A stretch of 64,000 bases of DNA from Eledone cirrhosa (lineage: Eukaryota), in contig OZ024749.1 of assembly GCA_964016885.1 (NCBI GenBank), positions 39,246,001-39,310,000 of the forward strand, read 5' to 3'. Made by a program: the position numbers and the translations under genes. Position 1 is the stretch's first letter; every line of letters starts with the position of its first letter. The notes under the pieces are model-generated. The model made no database searches and was not told the DNA's origin. It saw only the letters and a program-made list of their open reading frames with translations. Positions 36,671-50,594 of the stretch are shown here, one piece after another.

Positions 36671-39129
36671 GAGATGTCACGAGATTTGTGTCTCATATAA
36701 AAGAAGATTAATTGGTGTATTTCGTCAGAAGCATTGTAAGAAACAAAGTCGACGAAAAGGGAGATGCGTTTCTCGATCGAAGGCTACGTTTTTAATGAAA
36801 TTTTATTAGATCAACCATTATTCATGACGTCATACTGAACGCTATCGAATATTTGAAAAGTCGTAACCGAATTTGGTAGCTGTCTAAATATTAAGATAGC
36901 ATGCGAAGGGAGGTAACTATTATGAAAATTTTATACAGCTCTTAGATATAAGTATCAAATATGTGTTTATCGATTCGAAAAATGTAATACAGATATATAT
37001 ATACACACACACACACATATGTATATGTGTATATACATGCATATATATATGCTTCGACAGCAAGGCTGCACAGAAGTGAGCACACTCTGTTGGCTGTATA
37101 ATAGTAGTGTGCATGAGCGGTGAATCATCAATGAACCGAGAAAGAAACTAGGCATAAGAGGGGCCAGAAGCAGTGTGCAGGAGAGGAGATGGTATGGGCG
37201 TGTGATGTGTATAGAGAATGATGGCTGATGCAGAGCGCTCAAAGTCAACAGAAACTATGGAAGATGAAGATCTGGGAAAGCTTAGGATGAAGTGATAAAA
37301 GCTGACCTTGCACAAACTTCTCAAAGGTGATGACATAGGATCGAGATATCTGGTGTTATGCTGTATTGCAGAAGACCCGCCTTCCCATGTGCACAGGATG
37401 AAACAAACATTTAGGGGCACTAGTCTGTACCAATCTTCTCCCACATTCACCCTTCCCAGTCTAAATATCCTACTCACCTCCTCCATGTCCAGCTTCCTCA
37501 TTCATTCCTCCCCAACCCACACACCCTCACCCTTGATACACCTCTCCTCTTCAACCCATGCTTACAAGCATGGAAAGCTGGACACACTCTACATCTGACC
37601 TCCCACAATGCTGCTGCCATGACAAAAAAGTCCATCCTGTATGATGAAATCTGGTGTCACAACTACAAAAGCATCTAGTCCACCCTATAAAGTGGTCGCG
37701 CTGGTTACATGAGAAAAAAAAGCACCCAGTCTACCCTATAAGGTAGTAGTTGTGTTGGTGACACGAGAAAAAAGAGTTGCTGGACAGATTTTATGGGCAA
37801 AACCAACTGGCAGGAGACCCAGGAATAGACCCTTAGCAAGATGGTTGGATAACATCCATGAGCTCGGCTGGTCTTTTTTTATGATTCAGCTAGATCAGTA
37901 GGAGACAGTTGTTTCTGAGAGGACTCTGCCAGGAATAAGTGTGCAAAGAAGAAAGGTTTACATAGTAAAAACGTGGGAGGACTAAAGGAGAGGAGGATAG
38001 ATTTACCATGTGAAAAAAAAGTGTTCTTTTCCTTCACACACATTGTGCTTCCTCCACACATATCATCAATTCACCTTCTTCGTCCAACCCATGTCAATCA
38101 TCATCATCACCGTTTTACATCCATTCTTCCACGCTATCATGGGTTAGATAGGTTGTCCTGTTGTGGCCATGCCAGGTCAGGTGACCATGTCTTGCTCATA
38201 GGGAACTGATTTGGGCTTGATTTCTACAGCTGGATGCCCTTTCTAACACCAACCTCATTTACAGTGAGTACTGAGTGCTTTTTTACCGTGGCGCCTATAT
38301 GAGTACTTTACAGTGTGGGTCGGGTGCTTTTTGTCGTGACATCTAAGGAAGAAAAATGTGCTCTCTACTCCCACCCACATACCTGACTCACTTTCTTGTT
38401 TACACTAAGGCCCACCTCACAATATACCATCAGGCACAACTCACTCTCTTCAAGTCACCTCCATAAATCAACACTTACTCTCCCACAGTGAAATGAACCG
38501 CACCTCACATCAATACCGCCTTAGTGATGGTGCTATGATGAAATTGTACCCATCCCACTCACTAAAATGATCTAGTCTACCTTTTAATGTGACTGTGCCA
38601 GAGTCACAATATAATTTTACCAAAGTAAACACTGTAATGTGGTTGGCATTAGGAAGGTACCCCAGTCATAGAAATCCAGGCAAAAATGGAGCATATGAGT
38701 AAGATATGATCACTTGACCAGTCTAGTCTCAGTACGTGATGACATGATATGGCTAGTCTCTGTACGTGAACATCTAACCAGTCTAGTCCATTTAAGCATG
38801 GAAAATTGACGTTAAACAATGATAATGAGTTGACCTGTTTATCATTCCTTCTCTTCTTTGATCCAGACTATCGAAGCCTCTCATTTATAATCTTTGATTA
38901 CATACTCTGACAGAAAGGGGAAACAACTCAATGGGTTGCCAACAACAATTAGGGAAAGCTGGTGGAGAAGTTACTTAGGCGGCTCAGATAAATCCAACGT
39001 ATCGGTCTTCGATGATGCAATAGAGCTCGTTAGTAATAATCATGTCATCATCACCATCACAATAATCATCATCAAGTATTATTTACTATAGAACTTCTGT
39101 TTGTTTAAAATTAATATTTTCTTTTTTAG

Positions 39130-39303
39130 ATGTTCCTATTGATCAGTTTGTAAAAAACCTATCATCAGTGCCTCACTTAAAGGTGTTTATAAAGAAGGAT
39201 ATTCCAGAAAACGTACATTATAAACATAATCGCCGTATTCAACCATTATTGTTGGTTCCCGATGAAGGATTTACTCTCAACTCCTCTCATTACAGTAACT
39301 ATA
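39130..39303 (+). CDS. ENPP4/5-like, exon 2
   Basis: ttttttag|; [48 protein letters not shown]; donor GTGAGT. Confidence 0.9.
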
Positions 39304-39934
39304 GTGAGTACATTTCTTAAATTAACTTACATTTCTTGCATTTTTCAAATCATTTATATTTATGCTTTATATTTTATTTTACCAAAATTCTTAATTTATG
39401 AAATGGCTAGAGAGAAAAATGGAAGAAAGTCAAGGAAAATCGAAGATTCAAGCATTTGTACAGTGTTGTAATCAAAGAATTTAAATATTTAAATAAAAAG
39501 ATTAAATATTTGTTTACTATAAACTCTGTCGTTTTCGATAGGTACTCTACTATTTGACCTCAGTGGGATTAGAGTGCAGAGAGCTGGAACAAATACTACA
39601 GAGCATTCTAGTCAATATTCTAATGGCTCTGCCAATTCAAAACATTATAAATGTTAATATTTGGGGCTAATTATTTCAGACACATTTATAATTCTAGCCA
39701 TTCTAGTCATCCAACACAGATGGATAGACATGCCCATAATGCCACAGACTATCTTGTCAACACTGTTGTGAGAGAGGGGGGGGGGATAGAGAGGAAGATA
39801 TCAAATTACCATTTCCCTAACAAATTTCATACAATGTGGTTGTCATGTGACTCTTGTGTTTTATTTATAAAGATAGTTGTTCTCACTTATTACATGATAT
39901 TTTAATTATATCTTCCTTTGATGTTTAATTCTAG

Positions 39935-40168
39935 GAAAGGGAGAACATGGCTACAACAACTCTTTCCTTGATATGCATCCATTTTTTATGGCTTCTGGAC
40001 CAAGTTTTAAGAAAGATTTCTCAGTTGATATGTTTCAAAATGTTGATGTGTACCCTTTGATGTGTTCACTCCTTGGTTTAAAGCCATCTCCGAATAATGG
40101 TAGCTTACACATAGTTCAAGCATTCCTTATTCCCAAGCACACAAGCAGTTTTACAACATTTATTACAT
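39935..40168 (+). CDS. ENPP4/5-like, exon 3
   Basis: RKGEHGYNNSFLDMHPFFMASGPSFKK..NVDVYPLMCSLLGLKPSPNNGS; donor GTAAGT. Confidence 0.92.
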
Positions 40169-40209
40169 GTAAGTACAGTTATGTCTCTATTTCTGCTTAA
40201 GTACAGCTG

Positions 40210-40455
40210 TGACTCTATTATCTACAGATGTGTCTTTATTATCTACAGATGTGTCTCTATTATCTACAGATGTGCCCCTATTGTCTACTGATGTGTCTCT
40301 ATTATCTACAGATGTGTCTCTGTTATCTACAGATGTATCTTTAATATCTACAGATGTGTCTCTTATCTACAGATATATCCCTATTATCTACAGATGTGCC
40401 TCTATTATCTATGGTTGTGTCACTATTATCTACAGATGTGTCTCTACTATCTACA
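40210..40455. repeat. 21-bp minisatellite (tctattatctacagatgtgtc)
   Basis: About 11 copies. Confidence 0.88.
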
Positions 40456-41000
40456 CTAATTAGTTCATAATTATAGACTGAAGTTTTTCTCCATTAGAGA
40501 CTTTAATTGACTCCTTTTCTCAGTGATTTTTGTTGAAATAAATTTAGGCAGTCACTATAAAGGATTGAAATATTTGGAGGGGGAAGAAATAGATGTGGTC
40601 TTTGGAACTATAATGTTCATCATTTATAAGAAAACTTCATCACAAGTGAATTGAGAAAGCATATATCTATGTATGTAAAGCAGAGCACTTAACTAAAAAA
40701 TAAGTTTTTTAGCAGGGAAAACAGAAATTAATTGATGATGATGATAATTTTGGTGACACAACAAAAAGCACCCGGTCAACCCAGTCCAACTTGTCAGTTG
40801 GTTGTTTTAGTACCACAATAAAAAGTACCTCATCCATGCTGTAAATGTGGCTGGCATAAGGAAGGGCAGGGCATCCAGCTATAGAAATCAACCCAGAAAT
40901 AGTTCTGTATGAGCAAGATAGGGTCACCTGATCTAACTTGTCTAACCCATGCTAGCACGGGAAAATGGACATTAAATGATAATGATGATGATGATATATA

Positions 41001-41173
41001 TACCGTATTTCCCGACGCCGAAGACGCTTCGTCCTCGAGGACAGACCCTAATTTTGACAACCAAAAATTTGAAAAAAAAATAATAAACAACCTTTGGCCT
41101 CCAGGACGCATGGTAGATTTTTGAGACTTATTTTAGGGCAAAAGTAGCGACTTCGATACCAGGAAATACGGTA
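41001..41173. mobile_element. pogo/mariner-like MITE (TACCGTATTTCC ... GGAAATACGGTA)
   Basis: 12-bp terminal inverted repeats with TA ends; second copy at ~5420-5568. Confidence 0.75.
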
Positions 41174-41222
41174 TATTGATTGATTGATTGTAATATTTTA
41201 AACTCTTCTTTTCTCTTTCCAG

Positions 41223-41404
41223 ATATGTTAGTTCTTTCCCTAACTGCTACATTGGTTGGTGTTTTTACTGTGGGTTCATGTCGCCAACAAAGGCTCAAGC
41301 ACAAACACATGTCGTTTTATACGTCTGCTATAAAATTTTCTATTACATCAGTTCATCCAACTCAAACATCGTTATTGTCAGATTCAGATGATGGAATCCC
41401 ATAA
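41223..41404 (+). CDS. ENPP4/5-like, exon 4 (transmembrane helix, cytoplasmic tail, stop)
   Basis: tttccag|, phase consistent; YMLVLSLTATLVGVFTVGSC-RQQRLKHK..SLLSDSDDGIP*. Confidence 0.8.
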
Positions 41405-43878
41405 GTATTCCAAAATATGTATTATATTATTTGTTTGTTGTGGCACATGTTCATTTTCTGTTTTTTGATTCTGAGAGGTTGAATTAGGTAAACCCCCCCC
41501 CCCCCCCCTTCCTTGAATAAATTTAACCCTTTAGCATTTAAACCGGCTGTATCCGGCCAGAATTCTCTCACTTCTTTCTGTTCAAACCGGTCGTGACTGG
41601 CTGCTCAGACTTATGTTAAGGTATTGTTCTCAAATAAATAATATCAAAATCTTGTAGATTCGATATTATGTGGAATAAAGTGTTTAGTATATATAGAGTA
41701 ATGTAAATGGTAAAGGGTTAAGTAAAGTTTTTTGTTGATTATTGTTTGTATTCTCTCTCATATATGTATGTATATCTAATCATTTAGTTTCTCCAGCCTC
41801 ATGGCAACAAGCTACATATATATATATATATATATATAATTTTTGTTTTAACCTCGATTTTTCCCTGCTGGCATGCATTGGACAGGGTGTTTCAAAACAA
41901 TGTTTTACAGCCTGATGCCCTTCCTGATGCTAGCCCTTTTAGTCACCTCCTACAACACACAAAGATAAGGTCTATCTATTCTAAACAGAATACGTATATA
42001 TGTATGTGTTTATATGTGTGTTTTGTTACTATTATTTTTGGTGGTTTGTTAGTATCGGTAGAGCGTCAGACACTATGCTTTGCAGCATAGAATTATGGCC
42101 CTTTGCGTTCTGAGTTCAAATCCCACCGAGGTTAGCTTTGCCTTTCATCCTTACGGGGGTCAATAAAATGAAGTACCAGTAGCACACTGGGATAATTGCT
42201 GGCCTTGTGCCAAAAGTAGAAACTATTATTTTTTCCTAAAATTGTCTTAGCCCAAATGATTTTTAAATTGAAATATTTTGACTGTTTCCAAGAACAAACA
42301 TAAGGCCAGAGTTCTGAAATGGAAAATCCATGAAGGGAATCCTTATTGATTTTATTGTAAAAGTTCAATCCTTTACATTGTCCTCTTTGTGTTTAACCAC
42401 ATCAATTTGTTTCCATGTAATATTGACACATTCCATAAGATTCAAGTACAAATGTTTTGTTGTTATATATATATATATTATAAAGAGTTGGGTCCCCGAC
42501 GGCTGAGCTCTTGCCGTTTCAAGAGTTAGTTCCAGGCTTTTATAATTTAACCATATTTTACTACCCCAAGTATTGAGTACTCTGTTGAGTAATGGTCTAA
42601 CCTGTTTCAAACTGAATCCATCCTGATTTATATATAGTTATATACTATGAAATGGAAGAGACAGTATCCCATATTCAATATCAGTTTATTTCATTACATC
42701 ATTCTGTTATGTTCATTTTAAAGGCATCAAAAGGTCATTTGCAATGTGTTGTAAACTTAATTTTAATTTATATTTGATCTTATGCTTGGCAACACATTGA
42801 GTAACTGTTGAATAAAGATCTTTTTTTTTGTCTTTGCAATGAGTATAATAGGATAGGATGATGTAATGAAATAAACTGATGTAGAATATGTGATACCATC
42901 TCTTTTTCCCTTTCTTAATATTGATACTATATATGTAATACCTTGTGGTATCCATGATGTTGAGTTATTCCACCTGATTAAAACGTTATTGGTCTATTGC
43001 TTGGATTAACCAATGCTGAATATCATAATAAATATATTGTTTTATATATATATATAGAGAGAGAGAGAGTGTGTTGGGCTTACAACCGTGAGGTTGTGAG
43101 TTTGATTCCCAGACTGGACAGTATGTTGTGTCCTTGAGCAAGACACTTTATTTTACATTGCTTCAGTTCACTCAACTGTAGAAATGAGTTGCGACATCAC
43201 TGGTGACAAGCTGTATTGGCCTTTGCCTTTTCCTTGAACAACATCAGTGGCGTGGAGAGGGGAGACTGGTATGCATGGGTGACTGCTAGTCTTCTACAAA
43301 CAACCTTTCCTGGGCTTGTGCCTCAGAGGGAAACTTTCTAGGTGCAAATCCCACGGTCATTCGTGATCAAAGGATGTCTTTACCCTTTATATATATATAT
43401 ATATATATAACAATTTTGAAAGATATTATATTAAGATCTCACAAAAATAATTTTAAAAATCATATAATTATTTATATTGTAATTATCATCTGCATTTCTT
43501 TATTGGTTTTTATGATGTGAATAATTTATAAGCAATACCACAAAATAAATTCAATTATTTCATTGAGTGAAAGTAATGATGGAGTGAAATTTTTTATTTA
43601 TTTATTTTTAAAATCTTTTATTTGAGTTTTAAAAAAATTGTTGAAAATATAAATACTAAAAAGATATTAAAGTTTGGAAATATAAAAATGTAAAGGATGT
43701 AAATGCTGTTGCAATATTTGTATTATGTATTTTCCCTAATAAATATTTATTTGTAAAACGAATCCAGTGTATTATGTTTGTCATTTTCTGTTTTAAAATT
43801 ATTTTTGTTCAAGATATCAAAAATATACCAAAGCATAATTGATGAAATCATTGAAGTTAATAGCTTCAATTTGTTTAC

Positions 43879-44090
43879 TTAACCAATCCAACTTGAATTT
43901 TGTTTAAAATCTTTCAAAGCAAAAAAAGTATCTAATTTTTCATCAAAGCCAAATTGTCTTTCATCACTGTTTTGGTAAGATGTGGTCATATTACCACCAA
44001 GATAAAGAATTAGATCACAATTTTCTTCAAATTTCTTCAATTTTTGTAAATATTTCTTCTTAATATAATCTGATTTCTGTTTGTTAAAAG
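43879..44090 (-). CDS. AK9: Adenylate kinase 9, last coding exon
   Basis: ttttgcag|; AFNKQKSDYIKKKYLQKLKKFEENCDLILYLG..FDEKLDTFFALK..G*, matching the AK9 C-terminus. Confidence 0.88.
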
Positions 44091-44379
44091 CTGCAAAAAA
44101 AAAATAGAAAGAAAGGAAATATAACGTAAATAAGATCATTATTGCCCCAATCAGTCTACTAACCCTCAGCAAACACTCTAATCCAAATTAAGTCACCTAA
44201 ATAGTAGAAGCTTTCAACTACTTCTATGGATCTTTGCAGGGATTGAAAAAGGTTTACATGTATATACAATATTGCTGTTAAAAAACAAACAACTTCCTCT
44301 CATAAAGATGCCAAAGCTTAGCTGGTGCAGGGTACCAGTAAATGTATGTATAACTTTAATTACGTGAAACAATACTTAC

Positions 44380-44597
44380 CTTTAAGATGAAATGCTACAT
44401 ACAGAAGAGCAGATTGTGTGGCAGTGAGGAAGGGAAATTTAGGTTTAAAGTTTCCAACAGCAACCAATGCTTTTAAGATTGGTGTAGCTAAAGATTGTTC
44501 CATGAAGCCAAGATTTGGTAGAAGATTTATGACGAGAGGATCCAATTTAGGAGGAAGTTTACAACCCATTTTAATGTCACTGTATTTGTGTGGTAAC
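44380..44597 (-). CDS. AK9: Adenylate kinase 9 exon
   Basis: LPHKY..KLPPK..LP.LGFMEQ..A..I.KAL.AVG.FKPKFPFL...QSALLYVAFHLK; AG/GT and phase consistent. Confidence 0.9.
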
Positions 44598-45177
44598 CTG
44601 AGAATTGAACATCAGAATAAGAGCATTTGAGTGTAAGTGTGACAGTAATAGAGTTTTGAGTGAGATAATAACAGAGTTTGAGTGTGATAGTAATGTAGTG
44701 AGTATTAGTAATATAGTGTGTGTGTGTGACAATAAAGTGTGAGACAATAACAGAATGTAAGTGTGACAGAAATATAGAGTGAGTGAGTGTGCATGTAGCT
44801 GTTACAGAGTATGATAAGGGCCAACAAGAGTCAAACTGCTAATTATCTATTTATTTTATCCATGGATAGAGGGTCGGAGGCCATGCTTTGACGCATAGAG
44901 TTACGGCCCTTGCATTCTGAGTTCAAATTCCGCCGAGGTTAACTTTGCATTTCATCCTTACGGGGTCGATAAAATAAAATATCAGTAATGTACTGGGTAA
45001 TTGCTGGCCTTGTGCCAATAGTAGAAACAATTATTTTATAGAGTTTTCAGAAATATAATTATAATCATCACTGTAAAATGAGGTTGGTGTTAGGAAGGGC
45101 ATCCAGCTGTAGAAATCAAGCCAGAATTAGTTCCCGTCCCCCCCCCCCCCTTGCAAGCAGGGAAAGGCGGACGTGAA

Positions 45178-45211
<34 letters not shown>

Positions 45212-46088
45212 ATGAATTACACATTGTGGAATTTCTAAGTGAGATAGATTGAATGCATGTGAGGAGAGAGGCTAAAAACCAGACCACTTCCGTCTGTGTT
45301 TAGAGTGGGGAACAAAGTTTATTAAATCAACCCCAGTATTTGACCGGTGCTTTATTTTATTGACACCGGAAGGATGAAAGTTGAAGTTGGCCATTGCATG
45401 ATTTGAACTCAGAATGTTCAGAGCTAGAACAATATATATATACCACAATAATATTTTATCCGATGCTCTACCAATTTGTGCTAATCCACCACCCTATCTA
45501 GGTAATTAATTTATTACAAACTCTTAACAATTAACAATATATGAAACCAAATATTCAGCTTTTATGCACTGAGAATATATATATGTAAATATATATATGG
45601 AGGCATATGGCTTAGAGGTTAAAGCATTGGCCTTGCAATCGAAAGGTTGTGAGTTCAATTCTCAGACCGGGTGATGTGTTGTTTCCTTGAGCAAGACACT
45701 TTATTTCACATTGCTCCAGTTTACTCAGCTGTAGAAATGAGATGATAGGGACTGGGGTCCCTATCATTCCACTGCAAAGTGGTCGTGGAGGTGCCACGGC
45801 AAAAAAGCACCCAGCACTCACTGTAAATGAGGTTGGTGTTAGGAAGGGCATCCAGCTGTAGAAATCAAGCCAGAATCAGTTCCCGTCCCACCCTTGCAAG
45901 CAGGGAAAAGCGGACGTAAAATGAAATGATGAATGATGAATGATGATATATAAGTATAAAGAATGTGCTCAAGCACAGAAGTGCTATAAACATAGCCTGG
46001 TCAATAGTTTAAATAACAATTTAGATTGCCAGAGTAGTGTCACTTGGACAAATATTTGGACATTCTTATATAAAAAATGATACATTAC

Positions 46089-46187
46089 CTCATAAATTTA
46101 TCCATGTTATCTTCTGAAGCAAAACAATAGAATTTATTCTTATATTCAACAACTAAATCTGGTCGACCAGTATTAATCGCTTCATAT
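46089..46187 (-). CDS. AK9: Adenylate kinase 9 exon
   Basis: YEAINTGRPDLVVEYKNKFYCFASEDNMDKFMR (YHS-like). Confidence 0.88.
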
Positions 46188-46568
46188 CTAGAGAAAAAAA
46201 TAGCAAAAATGAAAGTTTGGCTTTATATTATAAACTAAATAGTTTATAAAAAGTTATAAAATAATTATATATTTCAGAAAATAATGTTTTCAAAAATGGC
46301 AGCTGAAGAGTGACAAACAATATACAGCTCTGATCTAGTTCTATTAATCTTTTGATGAAGGAATTTCATACCAAAAATATAAGGATCTATGCACACAGTC
46401 AGTGACAATATGTCCAACACTTGCTAGCTGGGAGAATGCACATTAAATGATGGTGGTGATAATGTTGATGATGATGTTGGCAATGATGATAATGATGATG
46501 TTGGTGATCGTGATAGCAATGATGATGATGATAATGATGATGGAAAAATTAACAATACAAAATCATAC

Positions 46569-46761
46569 CGGCAGTCTCCTTCAACGTATGTCACTGGACA
46601 GTAGCCTAAGTTTTCAAAGTTAGTTATTTTTCCGTCCACATATTTCTTGGGAATCAAACTTTCAGGAGGTAAAGCCAGTGGTGCATTAGGAGCAACATAT
46701 TTGTTTGGTTCTTTTAAAAACATCTCCAGTTTTAAATCATCTTCCATTTTGTAATACTTTC
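46569..46761 (-). CDS. AK9: Adenylate kinase 9 exon
   Basis: GKYYKMEDDLKLEMFLKEPNKYVAPNAPLALPP..GYCPVTYVEGDCR. Confidence 0.9.
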
Positions 46762-46899
46762 CTGGATATAATAGTAAAAAAAAAAATATCAACTATGAAA
46801 TCGTCATACAACTTTAAAAGCTCTTAATAAACTTACTACTTTTATATAACTTATATATTATATACTTTTATATAACTTAGAAGTTATATTAACTCATAC

Positions 46900-47252
46900 A
46901 TCATCATCATCATCATTTTATGTCCGCTTTTCCCTGCTTGCAAGGGTGGGACGGGTTCTGTTCAGCACAGCATCTCTCCATTCGTGACGGTCCTTCGTCA
47001 TCTCCTCTGTGAGCTTCAGCGATCTGAGGTCAGCTCTCATCACCTCTGCCCATGATTTTCGTGGTCTTCCTCTACTGCATCTTCCTTCCACTGGGATTTC
47101 TTGGCGCATCTTTACCCAGCGGTCATCCTCCATGCGCATCACATGTCCATACCAACGCAGTCTTCTCTCTCGCACACTTCAGTTTCTCTCTCAACTTGTC
47201 TATGCTTGGTCGTTCAAGCACATTGACATTGCACATCCATCGGATCATGTTT
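46900..47252 (-). mobile_element. RTE LINE 3' fragment in an AK9 intron
   Basis: RERRLRWYGHVMRM..GRPRKSW..PTLASREKRT; (TGA)n tail. Confidence 0.88.
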
Positions 47253-47405
47253 TGTAAATATTGAAATAATCAATATAACTTAGCTTGATCCTCAGTTAAT
47301 CTGTAGAAGAGATAAAGCTTGACTGGGAAATAAATATAACTGTCTTCTCACATTCTACAATTTAATTACATATGTTAGAAGACATAATATATAACTCAAG
47401 ATTAC

Positions 47406-47564
47406 CCTGATATTCTGCGACATATTTCATTGATTTCTCTTGAGAACAATCTACTAATTCGCCTTTTTCAGCAAGTGTAACTGGACAGTATTCAAGGAAT
47501 TCACCAATTCTATTCGAAAAGTCTTCTTTAGTTATACATAAACCATCAGTTTTAGCTGCATGAC
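47406..47564 (-). CDS. AK9: Adenylate kinase 9 exon
   Basis: GHAAKTDGLCITKEDFSNRIGEFLEYCPVTLAEKGELVDCSQEKSMKYVAEYQ. Confidence 0.88.
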
Positions 47565-48199
47565 CTATGAGGAAGATGATATTTGAGAGAAAACATTTAC
47601 ATTCATGTTAGTTGGTATTTGCTACTTGATTAAATTTTCATCTGACATACAATTTAATATGCATATATATATATATATATATAATATGTCTCATCAGAAA
47701 AATATATTTGCTGTTATATTAAACATAATAAAAATAATTTGGTGGTAGTGGTGGTGGTGGTGGTGGTGGTAGTGGAGGAGGTGGTGACGATGTTGATAGT
47801 GGTGTGGTGGTGGTGATGATGTCAGTAGTGGTGATGGTATCAATGATGGTGGTGTGGTGGTGATGGTATTGATGGTGGTGTGGTGTGGTGGTGGTGTGAT
47901 GTGGTGTGGTGGTGGTATGGTTGTGATGGTGATATGGTGGTCCTTTGTTATTATATAATAAATTTATTTCATATATAAATACAATCCAAAGAAAAGAAAA
48001 AGTTGAGATGAGAACTGAAGTCCCCCACATACTAAATCACACAGCGCACAACATGGGACACTGGACTTACCCCTCTAATAGTATTGGAGGCAAGGTAACA
48101 CATGGGCAATATTGCCATGGGTGATAGCGAGGCTAAGATGCTGGAATAACTAAGTACCATCATCAGGAGCATCAGCTGATATAGTTAATAAGGAAAGAT

Positions 48200-48840
48200 G
48201 CCAAAACTCCATCAGAAGAACTCGGAATACTGCAGCAAGTATACAGAGATGAGACAATATTGCGCTCACAGATTTTCAAGTGGCACAAATGGTGGAAGAT
48301 GACCCTAGGAGCAAAGGCCTTCAACGAGCATGACTGAGGTCAATGTTGAGCACATAAGGCAGGTGGTGTATGGTGATCATTGGCTGACTGTTCAATTGAT
48401 CGCAACTGAGCTGGGTTTGAACTGCAACAAGCATTTGGAAGATGAACACTGAATATTTAGGCATGTAGAAGATCTGCATGAAGATGGTGCTGAAGCTGTG
48501 GAACTGTGACCGGAAGGTGTGGCACATGCAGTCGTGTCAGGACATCCTTGAGCATCTTGAAACTGAACCAGACTTGCTGGGGAGAGTCATCACCCATGAC
48601 GAGTCATGGATCTTCGAGTATGACCCGTTTTGCAGACATGGAAGCCATCAGAAGGGCTATGACAATGTATCTGCTGAGAATCTCAGGAGAATCTCTCCAG
48701 GAGTGCATAGAAGCATGGCGGAGAAGGATGGGGAAATGCATTAGATTTGAGGGGGATTATTTCGATAGGGAAAACTTGTAGTTTGGATTTGAAATATTTT
48801 TTTTGCGACCCCAGTTCTGTTTCTTTTCTGACACACTGCA
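48200..48840 (+). mobile_element. Internally deleted mariner transposase remnant
   Basis: LQQVY.DE...RSQIFKWHK..DDPRS..; GRVITHDESWIFEYDP (first catalytic D) joined directly to the C-terminal FADMEAI..W.RRMGKCI..EGDYF. Confidence 0.8.
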
Positions 48841-48870
48841 CATGAACTTTATCTAAGAAGAAAATTTTAC

Positions 48871-49088
48871 CTTTTTTGATATTATCTAAATAAGATTCAA
48901 CTTTTCCAACACAGTCAGATGTGATATCTTTAAGGACATTCCAAATTGACCACTTGGATTGCTTTGCATCAAATGCATATAGATTGTCATAGAGGTTCTT
49001 ATAGCAATCCTGCAATGCTTGGCTTTCTTTTTTATATACTTGGTATCTCAATGCAAGAATCTCAGCACTGTTATGGTCAAAATAAGAG
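48871..49088 (-). CDS. AK9: Adenylate kinase 9 exon
   Basis: SYFDHNSAEILALRYQVY..YDNLYAFDAKQSKWSIWN..YLDNIKK. Confidence 0.88.
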
Positions 49089-49437
49089 CTGAAACAGACA
49101 GATGGATAGTAATATAGAATTACAGCTTCTGTGTGTGTGTGTATGAGCATGTATGTATGTAGATGTTTGATAATACAATAAAATGAAATAAAATTAAAAT
49201 AATAGAATAGAATAATAAAATAAAAAATAATAAAATAAAATAAAATAATAATAAAATTAAATTTAATTTTTAAAAAAATAAAAACAAATAAAATAAAATT
49301 AAATAAAAATTATTTTACATAAAACAAATAAAATAAAATAAAAATTATTTTACATTATTTTATAAAATAAGTCTAAAATCTTGTGTCAAAGCAACTTCCA
49401 TTAAGTTAACATGATGCATATTTTCACTCTTACTCAC

Positions 49438-49584
49438 TTTTCTGAATTGATCCTGTCAAGAGATCCTCTGTATGAACTTTCTGCCATATCAATGTCCAAC
49501 ACAATTATCTTCGTCGGTATAATCTTTCTGGCAATAAGTAGTTTTGCTTGATTTTCTGTTGCAGGAATGCCATCAAATACATAG
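49438..49584 (-). CDS. AK9: Adenylate kinase 9 exon
   Basis: GYVFDGIPATENQAKLLIARKIIPTKIIVLDID (AK 'DGxP' signature). Confidence 0.9.
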
Positions 49585-50392
49585 CTACAATATAGTGCAT
49601 TGTTGTAAAAATACAGAAATACAATGAGAAAGATTAATTTTGTAAGGATAATTATTTCTAAAATGAGGTGTAGTGAAATAACGATGGTGGTGGTGGTTCT
49701 AAATTAATTGTAGTTAGAACTCCATTTGATATCATTTAGTTATTAAACCTTTGCTTTGGCTTTATATGAGAGATGTCATTATAGCCAGTATAAGGTCTTA
49801 TATTATCATATCTAGAGTAGATTTAGAAAGAGGAACTAATATTACTTATATTAACCCCCTTTTTTTTTGTTATGGAAGGTCAAATTATTTTATTTAAAAA
49901 TACTCAAATATATTTCTAGGATAAAATTACATAAAAATAATTATGAATTTAATATTTAGTCAAACATATAAAAAAAGAAAGTAGCATTGGAAAGGTCTGT
50001 AAATACTATAAATGAGAAAAAAAGGAGGGAAAGACCAAAGATTATTAGGCAACAAAAGAAAGGGGGAAGGGAAGAGGGTGAAACTTGCTTTAACAGCTAC
50101 CCCACTTCACGAGACTCCTTCCTCAGACAGGCTGCTGTCATTCTGATTTTACAGAGGAGGTCAGCTGTATGGGATCCATATTTAAACTGCCTATAATTAT
50201 GAATTCACTTTGAAAATAATCAAGAATTATTAAGCTGTTGTTTATGGTTTTTACATGAAATTATGATTAAGGTTTTTAGATAAATATAAACACTTTAAAA
50301 TAAACAGCTTTGTATCATAGAACTAGGGGCAGTTTCAGGTTGAATGGTGCCAAAAGAGTTAACAGGTAAAACTATGTAAAAATATGAAATAC

Positions 50393-50594
50393 CCTCGGGT
50401 TTGAACATTGGTATCTAATAAAATAACTTCAATTGCTTTCACTACTAATTCATCTGGTACAGTGAGTCCTTTACTGAGATAACTAAATATTTCTGAAGCC
50501 AGGTGAGTCTTAGGTTGATTATCCATCACATTTCTAATAGCATCTCCCATCGATAATTTTGTTAATCCGTACTGATTCGCAAGTTTGTTACAAA
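50393..50594 (-). CDS. AK9: Adenylate kinase 9 exon
   Basis: CNKLANQYGLTKLSMGDAIR.V..QPKT.LA..L.KGLTVPDELV..AI (NMP-binding region). Confidence 0.9.
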
